From: Eledone cirrhosa
Taxonomy: Eukaryota
DNA: 64,000 nucleotides
Direction: 5' to 3'
NCBI GenBank assembly: GCA_964016885.1
Contig: OZ024741.1
Location: forward strand, 100,068,001 to 100,132,000
The notes under the pieces are model-generated. The model ran no database searches. It had not been told where the DNA came from and worked only from the letters and a program-made list of their open reading frames with translations. The stretch's first letter is position 1, and each line of letters opens with the position of its first letter. Position numbers and translations under genes: made by a program. Positions 12,668 to 26,270 of this stretch are shown piece after piece.

Positions 12668-13655
12668 AAAAAATGGGGAGAAGAATACTGCATGGTTGCA
12701 CGTGGATAACATGTTATAAAATGAGTCCCTCATCAGTGATTTACCAACGGTCATAGGTATTTCATTACATTAAAAATCATATATTTCACGTTGGCGCAAT
12801 AATAACTAAAATAAGTTATTAGGACAATTAAAACGCGTAAAGCGAGTGAGACAAGTAAACAACACAGAGGAAAACTAACGGAAGATAGGAAAGACACAAG
12901 CTACATAGTTATTCTATCAGTATAAGCTGGGTGAATTATGAGCGAGTAAGAAATAGACCTTTCGAGATGAATCCAATGTAAGAAAGAAGGAAAATCGTTA
13001 ACATCGCGAACGGGGGAAGTGAGAAGGGGAGAAACAGTGAGTGAGTGAGTAGAAGTGTGAGGAAGAGGTCAGTAGAGAGAAAATGTTAACTGACATGACA
13101 GAGGGGACGAAAGAAAGTAAGAGAAACAGAGAGAACGAGGGAGCAGTAAGAGAGAGAGAGAGAGAGAAAACAGAATCGCAGTTTAGGTAAATATATGTGA
13201 AAAAATGGGGAGAAGAATACTGCATGGTTGCACATGGATAACATGTTATAAAATGAGTCCCTCATCAGTGATTTACCAACGGTCATAGGTATTTCATTGC
13301 ATTAAAAATCATATACCTCACGTTGGCGCAATAATAACTAAAATAAGTTATTAGGACAATTAAAACGCGTAAAGCGAGTGAGACAAGTAAACATCACAGA
13401 GGAAAGCTAACCGAAGATAAGAAATACACAAGCTACATAGTTATTCTATCAGTATAAGCTGGGTGAATATATGAGCGAGTAAAAAATAGACCTTTCGAGA
13501 TGAATCCAATGTAAGAAAGACGGAAAATCGTTAACATCGCGAACGGGGGAAGTGAGAAGGGGAGAAACAGTGAGTGAGTGAGTAGAAGTGTGAGGAAGAG
13601 GTCAGTAGAGAGAAAATGTTAACTGACATGACAGAGGGGACGAAAGAAAGTAAAT
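12661..13655 (-). mobile_element. Partial tandem (about 534 bp period) of a PLE pLTR-like repeat between (TA)n tracts
   Basis: 12661-13120 is nearly identical to 13194-13653; each unit has TCATCAG (CTGATGA on the minus strand); a related sequence lies at about 31040-31260. Confidence 0.6.
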
Positions 13656-14239
13656 ATATATATAGAGAGAGAGAGAGAGTGAGAGTCATATTAGGGCATA
13701 TAAATCACCATAACGATACGAAAATGGGTATTAGAACGCTTAGGAATCGAACCAACACCTCTTCATTCGTGGAAAAGTAAGTTGGATCGATTACGCAAAC
13801 ATGTCCACTCATATTTCCCCGTTAATCCTAGAGGACTATAGAGATAATATCGTTAAATATGAATGTACGTGTTAATTAGAAAACAGTAGATGAACGAAAA
13901 GTTTGAAATTATAATTAGAAGCTTTCACCGTTTATTGACAAGAGAAAATAATTAAATATTCGGGCATATGAACGCCCATAAGAGAACAAAATGGACATTA
14001 ACACGCATAGACACCGAACACACATGTGGGAGCAAGTTATATTTTAAAATTGTATAAAAGAAAACAGGAATCTTAAGCTGACAAAACTCCTGATGGTGTA
14101 AATGTTAAATATATAAAAGTAGATATGATTCAGATCAGAATATTTGCTGTTTGAAGCGAAGAACAGCAGGGGCCATATTAGAAAATACGAGAACGTTCTG
14201 AGCAATTGAAACTGAAAATAGACTTGTATTTGAAAACCG

Positions 14240-14590
<351 letters not shown>

Positions 14591-15169
14591 ATATTTATTT
14601 TTATACATACACATATGGACAAACCCATAGGGTGAGTGTGTGTCTATCTATGTGTGGAACTGAATGGATGTCTGAGAGAGAGAAAGAGAGGGAGAGAGAG
14701 AAAGAGAGAGATGGGGAGGACTGTGACTCTCAGCTCTTCTACTAAACACATACTCACATGAATAAACAACACATATCACTTACGTTTTGATACATAATAC
14801 CAATCATTTTGAAGAGCTCAACAGTAACGGTAAAATATTAATTTCCTTGACGAACTTTGGAATTCAGTCGTCATCTAAATTTGGCTTCTATTTGGTCACA
14901 AATTTGTTTCCATTTCATTTACAGCTGTGCAAGATACATTCCATAATAACTTGATGCTTCCCTTTTCTTTATTTTCTTAGAATATTGAACGGAAACATAC
15001 ACGTTGAATAATATTGTTTTGTTTTTCAGCCACGTAACATCCAGAACATCTTTGACGTTGAATGTTTGGAATCTAAATGACTTGCAATACATCAAAAAGC
15101 AACTTCGTGCATATGCACGAATACAAAATATTTAATTATATACGTACATGCACTAGCAGGAATACGCAC

Positions 15170-15211
<42 letters not shown>

Positions 15212-15214
<3 letters not shown>

Positions 15215-15403
15215 GAAACGAGTAGGACCCCGACGGCTGAGCTCAAGCCGTCTCGGAGGCTAATTCAGTCCAGAATTAGCCGTCGAAACGGCTTGAGCTC
15301 AGCCGTCGGGGTCCTACTCGTTCCTATTACCCACTCTACTACCCTAAGTATTGAGTACTTTGGTGCGTTATGGTCTATCTGGTTCCTTACCACATTTCCT
15401 TCG

Positions 15404-15405
<2 letters not shown>
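15212..15405 (+). mobile_element. Fold-back mini-element (55-bp arms, 6-nt loop) with ACTC-hairpin-GAGTACTT tail, inserted in (TA)n
   Basis: Arms 15212-15266 and 15273-15327; motif 15333-15360; a second copy lies at 61731-61925 (-) and a tail-only copy at 47247-47322 (-). Confidence 0.85.
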
Positions 15406-15478
<73 letters not shown>

Positions 15479-15817
15479 GAGTGAGAGAGGGAAAGAGAGA
15501 GTGAAAGTGAGTGAGAGAGAAAGCGAAAGATACGTAAAAACACACACACATCTCAGTATATTCATATGTGTCTCTATGTGTAAGGATGTGCGTATGTTTG
15601 AATTTTATGTGAAAGTTGCCGAAGATTCTATTAACATGTGTAATCTTAACATAGTTATAATAGTATTTAAGCGTAACATTGTGCGTGGTGCGTGTGACAA
15701 TTTGAAATATTTAGATCATGTGCCAAACACCCCATGCTTTCATCCTATGCTTATACGTTTATGCACAAACACACACACACACATATATGTATATGTGTGT
15801 GTGTGCGTGTGTGTGTG

Positions 15818-15918
<101 letters not shown>

Positions 15919-16291
15919 GTATGTGCGTGCATGTGTATACATTCTATATTTCTTTGCATATTAGATTTAACAAGAATATATTTTCACGTATGAGTACTTA
16001 GGGAATGATAATACTTTAGCCTGTTCCTTTGAAATTTCTAAACATACCTTTCCGCACGAATTTATCCTTGTTTTAATGAATAGTACTTTCACTTTAATGT
16101 ATAATATTTACATATAAGTTATCTTAAGAATATGTTTTAATGACAAATTTCGAAATTTGCAAACAATTCATATTAGTGCATCTGGTTTTATTGAAACACA
16201 TTTTCGGTTCATATTACTATTTCCGGTATAACATGAGAATGTTCAGCTACTCTGTTAGTGTCTGATCAGAGTATCGTATCACATATATAAG

Positions 16292-16338
<47 letters not shown>

Positions 16339-16789
16339 ATGAGGATTATAGTGATGGTGATAAAGGTGAAATTAATTAATTGGTGACTATTTTACATACT
16401 CTGTATGGAAGAAAAGCAATGTTGACCTGTAGGAAGTTCTCCACATTTGTTTCCGTTAGTGTGAACCGTGGATGATTAGAAATAATTTACGATTTTTAGC
16501 ATTGAAATAACATTTATGCTACATAAAACCAAAATTATAACACCATACATATTTACATACATAAATATATTCATAGAGGCACGCATAAAATAAATAGATG
16601 GATCTCCGTCAGACAAGATGATGAAGGTTCCACTTATTCGATCAAAGAAACTGGCTGCTCATGAAATTAACCTGGAAGTGGTTGGGCTTTCAATGGAAAT
16701 CTGCGGCGGGTTCAGAGTGACAGAGTGTGTGTCGAGGCAGGTGCTATAAATTAAAAGTACAGATGATACGCAATGAGTGCAACTCCAGA

Positions 16790-17944
16790 ACATAACCGCT
16801 GCTATATTTTATCGACCAGGTAATGATGACAGGCAAATCTAAGCCCGGCGAGATTTGACCTTAACGCGTAAAGGGCTGTAACTCTATGCTGCAAAGCATG
16901 CTGTCTGATGCTCTACCGATGCTGCTAATCTGCCGCAAAGATATATAATAATAATTATTTCTACTTTTAGCACAAGGCCAGCAATTACCCAGTACATTAC
17001 TGGTACTTTATTTTATCGAACCCGGTAAGGATGAAAGGCAAAGTTAACCTCGGCGGGAGTTGAACTCAGATCGTAAAAGGATGTAACTATGTAGGAAAGT
17101 ATGTCCAACCCTCTACCGCTACTGCCAATTCACAATAATGGTTTCTGATATAGGCCCAAGGCCAGCAATTTTAGGGGAAAGGAAAGTCGATTAAATCAAC
17201 CCCAGTACATTACTGGTGCTTTATATTATCGCCCGCTTAAGGATGAAAGGCAAAGTAAACCTCGGCGGGATTTGAACTCATACCATAAAGGGCCATGACT
17301 CTATGTTGTAGCATGGCGTCCGATTCTCTACTGCCGATTACTGCTAATCTGCCGCAAAGATATATAATAATGGTTTCTTATATAAGCACAAAGCCACTAA
17401 TTTGGGGGAGGAGAAAGTAGATTAAATCGAACCCAGTGCGTGACTGGCACTTTATTTTATCGACCCCGTAAGGGTGAAAGGCAAAGTTAACCTCGGTGGG
17501 ATTTGAAATCAGAACGTAAAGGGCCGTAACTCTATGATGTAAGCATGGCGCCCGACTCTCTACCGATACTGCTAATTCACCGCCCTTAGATATATAATAA
17601 TTGTTTCTACTTTAGACACAAGGCCAGCAAATAACCAGTGCATTACTGGTACTTTATTTTATCGACCCCGTAAGGATGAAAGGCAAAGTTAAGCTCGGCG
17701 GGATTTGAAATCAGAATGGCAAGGGCCGTAACTCTATGCGTCTAAGCATGGCGTCCGACCCTCTACCGATACTGCTAATCTACCGCTTATTTTTACTTGA
17801 GGCACAAGGCCAGCAATTTCGAGGGAGGTTGAAACTCGATTAAATCGACGCCACTTCTTAACTGGTAGTTTATTTTATCGACCCAGTAAGAATAGAAGGC
17901 AAAGCTAGCCCCGGCATGATTGGAACACAGAAGGGAAAGAGCTG

Positions 17945-17950
<6 letters not shown>
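16790..17950 (-). mobile_element. Head-to-tail array of about 6 tRNA-derived SINEs (Meta-domain-like core)
   Basis: Repeated units, read on the minus strand: A-box-like TGGCAGTATCGGTA, B-box GAGTTCAAATCCC, core GACTTTGCCTTTCATCCTTACGGGGTCGATAAAATAAAGTACC, 3' end AGAAAC(A/C)ATTATT. Confidence 0.88.
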
Positions 17951-18032
<82 letters not shown>

Positions 18033-18710
18033 CATACATAAATATATACATATAGCGTTTCACTGTATGAACCGAATTGCCCATTCCCATTGCGTAGGAA
18101 ACATCCGTTCCGGTTTTAGCACTTGTTCACATGTAATTGAAATGTTTGTCGCGAATAGTGTGTAGAGTAGATAAAGATCTACAGGGAACTGAGTACATTA
18201 CATTATGCCCAAATCTTCGAAACTTTTATTTTTTATCATATTTTTAGATGGATTCGACAAAACACACCATTTGAAAATGAAACCAAATAAATTTACTACC
18301 AGTATTATCAGCCGAATCGTATTCTGTTTCGTTTTTCAGTGAAATGCATTCAATGCAACGATTCAAAACCTAGATGAAGTACGTGTAATCTGGTGTAATT
18401 ATTACAGCGTCAAGACAACGGCGATTACATCACCGCAACAACAACCTAAACATGCTATACTAGAAGAACCATGTCTCCAGCTAACATTTCTAATACATGT
18501 TACACGACTGATGACGATAACCGCATTGAGAATATTTTCGGATAATATTCATTCATAGTCTGCGCAAAAAAGGAGTGGATTTGCGTTATTTAATCATGAT
18601 AAGGACTAACCAACAAGATTAAAGGAGCCCAGTCTTCTATATTAGGATTCTTTAGCAATATTTCATATTTAGAATACATATATATGTAAACGAAACTTTC
18701 TCGTTTTTTC

Positions 18711-18815
<105 letters not shown>

Positions 18816-19034
18816 AACACACACAAACACACACACATATATATATATATGAATATACACACATAAATATATAGATACATATATATATATATTCCACAAT
18901 GTGAAACACACAGACTGACCAACTTTATAGACATACTACTAAAACCAATTCTCAAACACATACCAAGCCTTGTAAGAGACGATCTGGACCTCTTAAACCA
19001 CATCCCCAAACATGTCAACAACGGCACTATTATT

Positions 19035-20237
19035 GTGTCTTTCGATGTAGTGAATCTCTACACAACGATCCCACACCAATACGGACTAGAAGCAATAGGA
19101 TTCTGGCTAGATAAATATCCCAATGAGATACCTGACAGAATAGAAAACACCTTCATCACCGAGGGATTAAAATTCATCTTACAGAACAACTTTTTTGATT
19201 TCGATGGCAGTACTTACAAGCAAATATCGGGGACTGCGATGGGTACAAAAGCCGCTGCGACTTATGCCAACTTAGTCATGGCATACTTAGAAGTCCAGAT
19301 ATATGAACAGTCCAAATCGAAATACGGATTGAACTTCCACAAATATTTATCAGAGAATTGGAAACGCTATTTGGATGATTGTCTCATTCTTTGGTCCCAC
19401 ACACTCGACCAACTGAAGGATTTCAAAAATGTAATAAACGGCATCAATAAACACATCCAATTCACAATGGAATACAGCGATCAACTCCCATTTCTGGACA
19501 TCTTAATCTTTAAAAAAGACACAAATATTGAAACTTACATACACTACAAACCAACAGATTCCAAACAATACCTGCTATTCACCTCCAACCATCCAAAGCA
19601 CACGAAGACGAACATTCCTTTTAACCTAGCAAAAAGAATTTGCACAATTGTCTCTAATTATGGAACGCGAAATAAAAGACTTCAAGAATTAATGGAAATT
19701 CTACTCGAAAGAGAGTACCCACCATTACTAATAAATAATGGAATAGAAAGGGCTAAAGCAATAGGCATTGTTGAATTACGTAAACAGAAACAAATTCAAG
19801 GTACGTCCAATATTCTATCATATATCTCAACACACAACCCAAGAAATGCGGAAGCTTACAAGACTATTCACAAGAACATCCCACTACTAAAACAAAACCC
19901 AAGAATGAAAAAAGCCCTTGAAACACACAAAATAATCAAAAGCAAAAGACAACCGAAATCACTCAAAACATTACTCACCAATGCCAAATTACCTACCACA
20001 AACCCACAACCAACTGTCAAAAAATGTGGTCGCTCTAATTGTGGAACCTGCACTCATCTCATTGAAGGCAACCCGTATACATTTAAATCAGGACAAAATT
20101 TTACTGTAAAAAATCACTTCTCTTGCTCATCAAAAAATCTACTTTATGCCATTAAATGTAAAGGATGCAATGAAGATTATATAGGACAAACTAAACTCAC
20201 ACTCAGAAACAGAATGACAGTTCATCGCCAACAATGA
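19035..20237 (+). pseudogene. PLE reverse transcriptase + GIY-YIG endonuclease (5'-truncated; premature TGA, homology continues to about 20420)
   Basis: SFDVVNLYT, GTAMGT, RYLDD, LPFLD, YKPTD, linker CGRSNCGTC, LYAIKCKGCNEDYIGQT, RMTVH; after the TGA the frame continues RDPTTRQIPLSAHLDICA. Confidence 0.92.
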
Positions 20238-21791
20238 CGAGATCCAACCACGAGACAGATACCACTAAGCGCACATCTAGACATATGCGCAAGTAATAAG
20301 ACACCCAAATTCCAAGTCTTCCCATTTTCCCTTGCGCTAACAATACAACAGAACAAATACGAATAAATAAGGAAAATATGTTTATTCAAAAATATAGACC
20401 AGCATTAATTATGGTTTAATATACATTATGTCAACACCATAACATGCTAACCATCCAAACAGACACATACACACACACATAACACCTTCTACTTTAGAAA
20501 ATAAAAACCCGAACTAAATAAACCTTAACATACGTTTGCGCTGACAATACAACAGAACAAATAAGAATAAGTATGGAAAATATGTTCATTCAAAAATATT
20601 CCTACTAAAGGAATCATTTTCCTACACACACACACACACACACACAATATATATATATTCTCTTCATCTTAACATGCTAACCATACTCCCACACACATAA
20701 CAACCCCCACCCCCACACACACAACTCCCTCCCCCATTTCTACTAATAGAATCACTTTCCTACACACATATATACACACACACAAAATATATATATTCTC
20801 TCCATCTTAACATACTCCCACCCACACACATATATATAACACCCATATACACACACACACACAACTCCCTCCCCCATTTCTACTAATAGAATCATCTTCC
20901 AATACACACACACACACACACAAGCACACAAATAAACATACATATCTTTACTTTCTTTATTCAATAGAAAATCTGAATTCTGACACCCCAGAGAACTAAC
21001 CATATTCACTGAACCAGAACAATTCTCCAATCAAATTTCTCTTGACCATTATCTTTTACTTATCATAAAATTCTCTAAAAAGGCTACATAATAGATTTCC
21101 AAATAAGGACGCGAAAATTTAATGAAAACTTGTTCACGTGACAGCCATAATTTCATTTATAACCAATCAAATTACGTTTATTAAAAAAAAGCCTTCGTGA
21201 GCTCCCTTTTTTTAAAGTAAAATGAAATTCAAACACACACACACAACACACACACACACAAACACACATACACACACACACACACACACACAAGCACACA
21301 AATAAACATACATATCTTTACTTTCTTTATTCAATAGAAAATCGGAATTCTGACACCCCAGAGAACTAACCATATTCACTGAACCAGAACCATTCTCCCA
21401 TCAAATTTCTCTTGACCATTATCTTTTGCTTGTCAAAAAATTCTCTAAAAAGGCTACAGAATAGATTTCCAAATAACGGCGCGTTAAATTTAATGAAAAC
21501 TTGTTCACGTGACAGGCATAATTTCATTTTTAACCAATCAAATTACGTTTATTAAAAAAAAGCCTTCGTGAGCCCCACCTTTTTTTAAGTAAAAAGAAAT
21601 TCAAATATGAAAAAACAACCTGTGACCCCCCTTTGTAACGCGAAATGGCGGGAAATTTATTATAATTATTGACCGACGAATCAAATTACTTCTCGAAAAA
21701 CCTGGCTTTTCGAGCCACTTTTTCCATATAAAACAAGTAACATTCAGAGACCAACCAGATGTGAGAAAAACCACAGACCCTCCATCTCAAC

Positions 21792-21832
21792 TCTACTTTT
21801 GAAAAGCAGAAGAACTGCGAAACCGGTATAGG
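21792..21832 (+). ncRNA. Minimal type I hammerhead ribozyme, U3-A8 core variant
   Basis: TTGAAAA (21799-805), stem II GCAG/CTGC, GAAA, palindromic ACCGGT, cleavage triplet GTA; stem I is weak (TCTA/TAGG). Confidence 0.55.
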
Positions 21833-21962
21833 AACCAAATAAATATATATATTTTTTTTAAAATAAGACTCCAGTTGCATTTTCGATTTCATCTTTTTTT
21901 CTTTATACTTTCACTCGTGTAGGACACCTCGGTTATTTTTCATTTTGTAAAAAAAACCTCAC

Positions 21963-22040
<78 letters not shown>

Positions 22041-22160
22041 TATATCAGTTATTTATATATATATATCATATATATATATCAGTTATAAACATTTATATTT
22101 GTTGAATTACCAACAAATTGAATATCCCTTCTGCTTATATATATACATATATGTATGTAT

Positions 22161-22199
<39 letters not shown>

Positions 22200-24058
22200 T
22201 GTGTGTGTGTGCGTAACTTTGTCATAATTACGTATTTCAACGACAAACATCTTGCCTCTATTTGAGATTCTAATTTAAGTCTCACCCAATGCCGTATTAG
22301 TCTTATATCTTTCGCCTTATGGCGGAGTTGGTATTGGCAATGTGCGTTTATACACCCTATATATATTTTATTGATAGCAAACATCTCTGTGTTTATGAAA
22401 ATATATTAAAATCCTCATCTACACGAAGTATATTTCGGGACTATTAACATAGTATAACCTATCCCTTTTCAAATGATACCAGTGGGGCAATATCTAATAT
22501 AGAATTGACGTTATATGATACCAAATCTGTCGGTAATTTTACGTTCATGTCACTGATAAAATAGTCGTTATATACTTCTTTGTAAATAGGACCAGTGCGT
22601 TTAAAGAACTGCGAATTTGACGATCAACTTAAGAGTTTCCGTTGTTTATAACAAACGACAAAGGAAATACTTTCGATACCTCTCGTCTAAAGTGATCGGC
22701 ATATTATTTAATTTTGTTATACTATTAGTTATTAGTCTAATTAAATGTTTCTCTTAAGTTAAGAATATATTTGTGTGGTTGGAAATCTATATGTTTCTGG
22801 ATAAACTGTCGTCAAGCGGGTATTTGTCATACGCACTGTGTTAATTGCTGAGCTACACTTTTTAATTGCTCCCCTTTGCACAGAGTGATTCATCTAACAT
22901 ATGTAATGTTTTGACTTGTGCGGGAATTGTTTGGTACGAAATAAGTCTCACTCGCTTGTCCAGATGTGCCTTTCTTCAAAGAAAAGACTAGGTCAAGTCG
23001 GCTGCTCCTATGTTAGTATGCAATGGATTGAAAGAACATCCAGAGTGCCTCATGTTATTCTTTTAGTTCCACCTTTCTTATGTGACCACTCAAAACGCTG
23101 TTAATGTATTCAGAGTAACACGCTGGAATCAGTCCTCAGAACCTAACTCACTAATAGCTAAAGATAACGCTATTGCCTTTGGCCAATCTATTCCGCTTCT
23201 CAAAGCGGTTTATCTATGTCTGGCTGCTACATATGCTTCACCACTTCTGAGTAATTGGAAATAGATGGAAATAGTGTCCAAAGAGAGAATAATCGTCTTA
23301 TACACTTCTAAGGCGTTAACCTTTAGATATGACTCAATATCAAAATGGATTACTGGACTTTTCATTAAAATAATTCTATGCTATAGATGAAAGTGTTTAG
23401 AATTGTTTAATTAGTTAATCCGAAATATATTAGATCGTAAAATATGTTTGGGTAAATGTATGTTTATTCGTACAGCAGTGTTACTTTCACTGACCTCATC
23501 TCACATTAATACTTCGCTATTGCTGCATTTATCTTATGTTAAATAAATTAATTTTCATGGCAAAATGAACATACAATTAAGAGTGATATATTATATTCAA
23601 AGCAATGCAATTTAGTATCATATATCTGCATATTATGATGAATTAAACACTATAGGTAAATCTCTTTATGAACAGTCCAGCTATTTCAAAGGAAGTGAGA
23701 GATAGGTCAAGCACAATATCATATAAATCAATGCACAAATAATAGACACGCATCAACATTAGGACGAAATTAAGGATAAATCAAGTTATATGAATAGCTA
23801 TAAGATGGGGAAATATGAATACGTAAGGAAATAACACATATTGGTACGAAATGTCGACCAGCTAAAATGTGAAAACCCCTTACAAACACATACTAACACG
23901 AGAATAGTTTGCTTATGGTTAACGTTCGTTAGTATGAGTTACTCCACTTAGGCGTTCACGTTAGAATACCCACTTATATATATTTCTGTATATAGGCAAA
24001 TAGACAATCTCTTTCGGTTTTCTTTCACTTTGCTCACTTTGCACTTATAGAAATAGAC

Positions 24059-24160
<102 letters not shown>

Positions 24161-24355
24161 ATATAGAAATGGCTTCTACAGCACTAGAACTGTTTCATTC
24201 GGATGTGGTGTTTCTTACCTGTGGTTACTGTGGTTTCTTACCTGTGGTACTGAAGTACGGAAATAATGTAATAATGAATATTCATGCATATATCCCTGTG
24301 AGAAGCAAGTGAAATTCCAAAGTAATTACACTCATTATTTGGCTTAATAAGATGA

Positions 24356-24447
<92 letters not shown>

Positions 24448-25099
24448 ACACGCAACCAAACACACAAACATACACACAAACATTCACACAATCATACACA
24501 CACACACACTCATATATATATATATATATAATAATGTTAAGGTATCAGAACATATGTACGGTATATGATGAATGTGCTTAAAGAAAGCTCTATTAAAAAA
24601 AGCTCTATTGAACGGAATCGATAATTGGTAACCGATAGTCGATGGCGTAGTTCGATTTTGCTTTTGACTAGATCTTTTGGACTATGAAACATTACTTTTA
24701 GGAAAATATTGCTTTTTCATCCTTAAAGTATGTATTCTTTCCTGAAAATTATTTGTATTATATATAAGTGCAAAATAATGTGTTGCTCCCTCAATATATG
24801 AGTCTTTCTCTCGCTCTAATAATATCTTTTAAATTTGAATTATTGATGCTCTGAACTAAATTATAGTTATTTAATGATAATCGTGGTTATCATACATAGT
24901 AAATATATGTTGATACCTTAACATTGTGTGTTGCTGTTTTAGGTTTAATTTGTTGAGTTGATCCAACTGTGAGTGTTATTTCGCTGCTCTTTCTAGCCCA
25001 TAAAATGTCCAATTGTATATCAATCTTCCCTCGCCATTAATCAATTTGTGATCTCATATGGAGTAGAAGCTTATAGAAACTCTCTGATCACCGAACTAT

Positions 25100-26270
25100 A
25101 CATTCTATCGAGTAACGTTACTTAAAAAACCCTTCGGAGGAACCAAATGTCGCCCGTTTGTATTTGCGATCGTATTCTTTCGGTCCTTACCGAAGATTCC
25201 TGACTATAAGTAAGTGTTGGCACGAATACCGAATACAAGATAGCAATTTTGGCTTTTAAACCTAGCTCCCTTCTTTTGATTACTTAATTCCGAAGCTGAC
25301 TCATTACTGCACCATTCCAGCTATTCTTACACTTAATTCTGTCTCCTGCTTTTCACTACATGTGAACATAACCCCGAGATACTTGAACTTCTCCACCTGC
25401 TTCAGTGGAACTCCATTTACATGTAGAGTGCACTGCGCAGAGTTCCTTGAAAGGTCGAATGTCTCAGTTTTCGCAGCACTGATGTTCATTCCCGCCATGG
25501 AGCACTCAGCTTTAAACCAATCACGTAGAAGACGAAAATACCTTCTGTGGAGTTAACTAGTGCCATGTCGTCTGCAAATTCCAGCCGACTGATTCTACAT
25601 TTACCAGTAGGGAACGACATACAAGCTGCGCGTGTCAATCCTGTTCATGAAATTAAAATGAACAGGAAAAGAGTCAGTACGCACCCTTGGCGATGTCTGA
25701 ATCCCACAATCAAGGGTTTCGATTTAGCACCGTTAATCCGAACACAAATATTCGGCCATTCGTATAGAGATATCAAGGAAACAGAAAGCTGATCATCGAT
25801 TCCATACCCCTGAGAAAATTCCATACCAGGTCCCGTGGAACCTGGTCATATACCTTGTCGCAGTCTACAAAACAGGCATATACCTCTTGGCAGTACTCCC
25901 TCGATTTCTCGAAGACCTGCCGTAATGTGAATATTTGTTCGTCTGTGCTGCGTCGGGGTGAAAACCGTACAGTTCATCAGCTAGTGGAATTGCAATTTCC
26001 GTTCATCACTTTGTTAGATAGTATAGACTTAACCGGGAGGGTTAACAAGGATTTTTCTCTTTATTTGGAGCAATCTCTTTTGTCTCCCTTGAAAATTGAT
26101 ATTACCACTCATGATTGCTATTGCTTCAGTACCTTTTCAGAAATCAAAGCCTCCCGGCACACACATTAGATAGCCTAGGAATGCTTTCTTTATTTAAGGC
26201 TTTTAACATCTCGGGATTAATTTCATCTTCCCCAGCAACCTTGCCACATTTGAGCTCTTTAATATAAATG
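25100..26270 (-). mobile_element. Decayed RTE-clade LINE (RT region)
   Basis: Minus-strand remnants YACFVD.DKVYD.VPR, RQGCVL..FLF, FADDMAL and GMNISAAKTE...LKQVEKFKYLGVMF. Confidence 0.8.

Larger units (their letters stand above)
18893..21970 (+). mobile_element. Penelope-like element (Neptune-type architecture), 5'-truncated, flanked by (TA)n
   Basis: RT + GIY-YIG ORF, 3' UTR with an internal duplication (about 20905-21235 and 21270-21605), terminal hammerhead at 21792-21832, (TA)n on both sides. Confidence 0.9.

Noticed and set aside
13735-13800. tRNA-like B box (GGTTCGATTCC on the minus strand)
   Set aside because: No complete cloverleaf; at most a decayed SINE head.
16790-17950. Repeat array considered as CRISPR or a tRNA cluster
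   Set aside because: Units are about 190-bp SINEs with no unique spacers or complete cloverleaf, in a eukaryotic context.
20235-20237. In-frame TGA in the PLE ORF as possible selenocysteine
   Set aside because: The aligned position is Ile in the 62.6 kb relative (SQIK), not Cys; further frameshifts follow; no SECIS was recognised.
24241-24297. Minus-strand candidate small exon with good splice signals (also 10420-10493 and near 9796)
   Set aside because: Splice-like words alone; no coherent gene model or recognisable protein.
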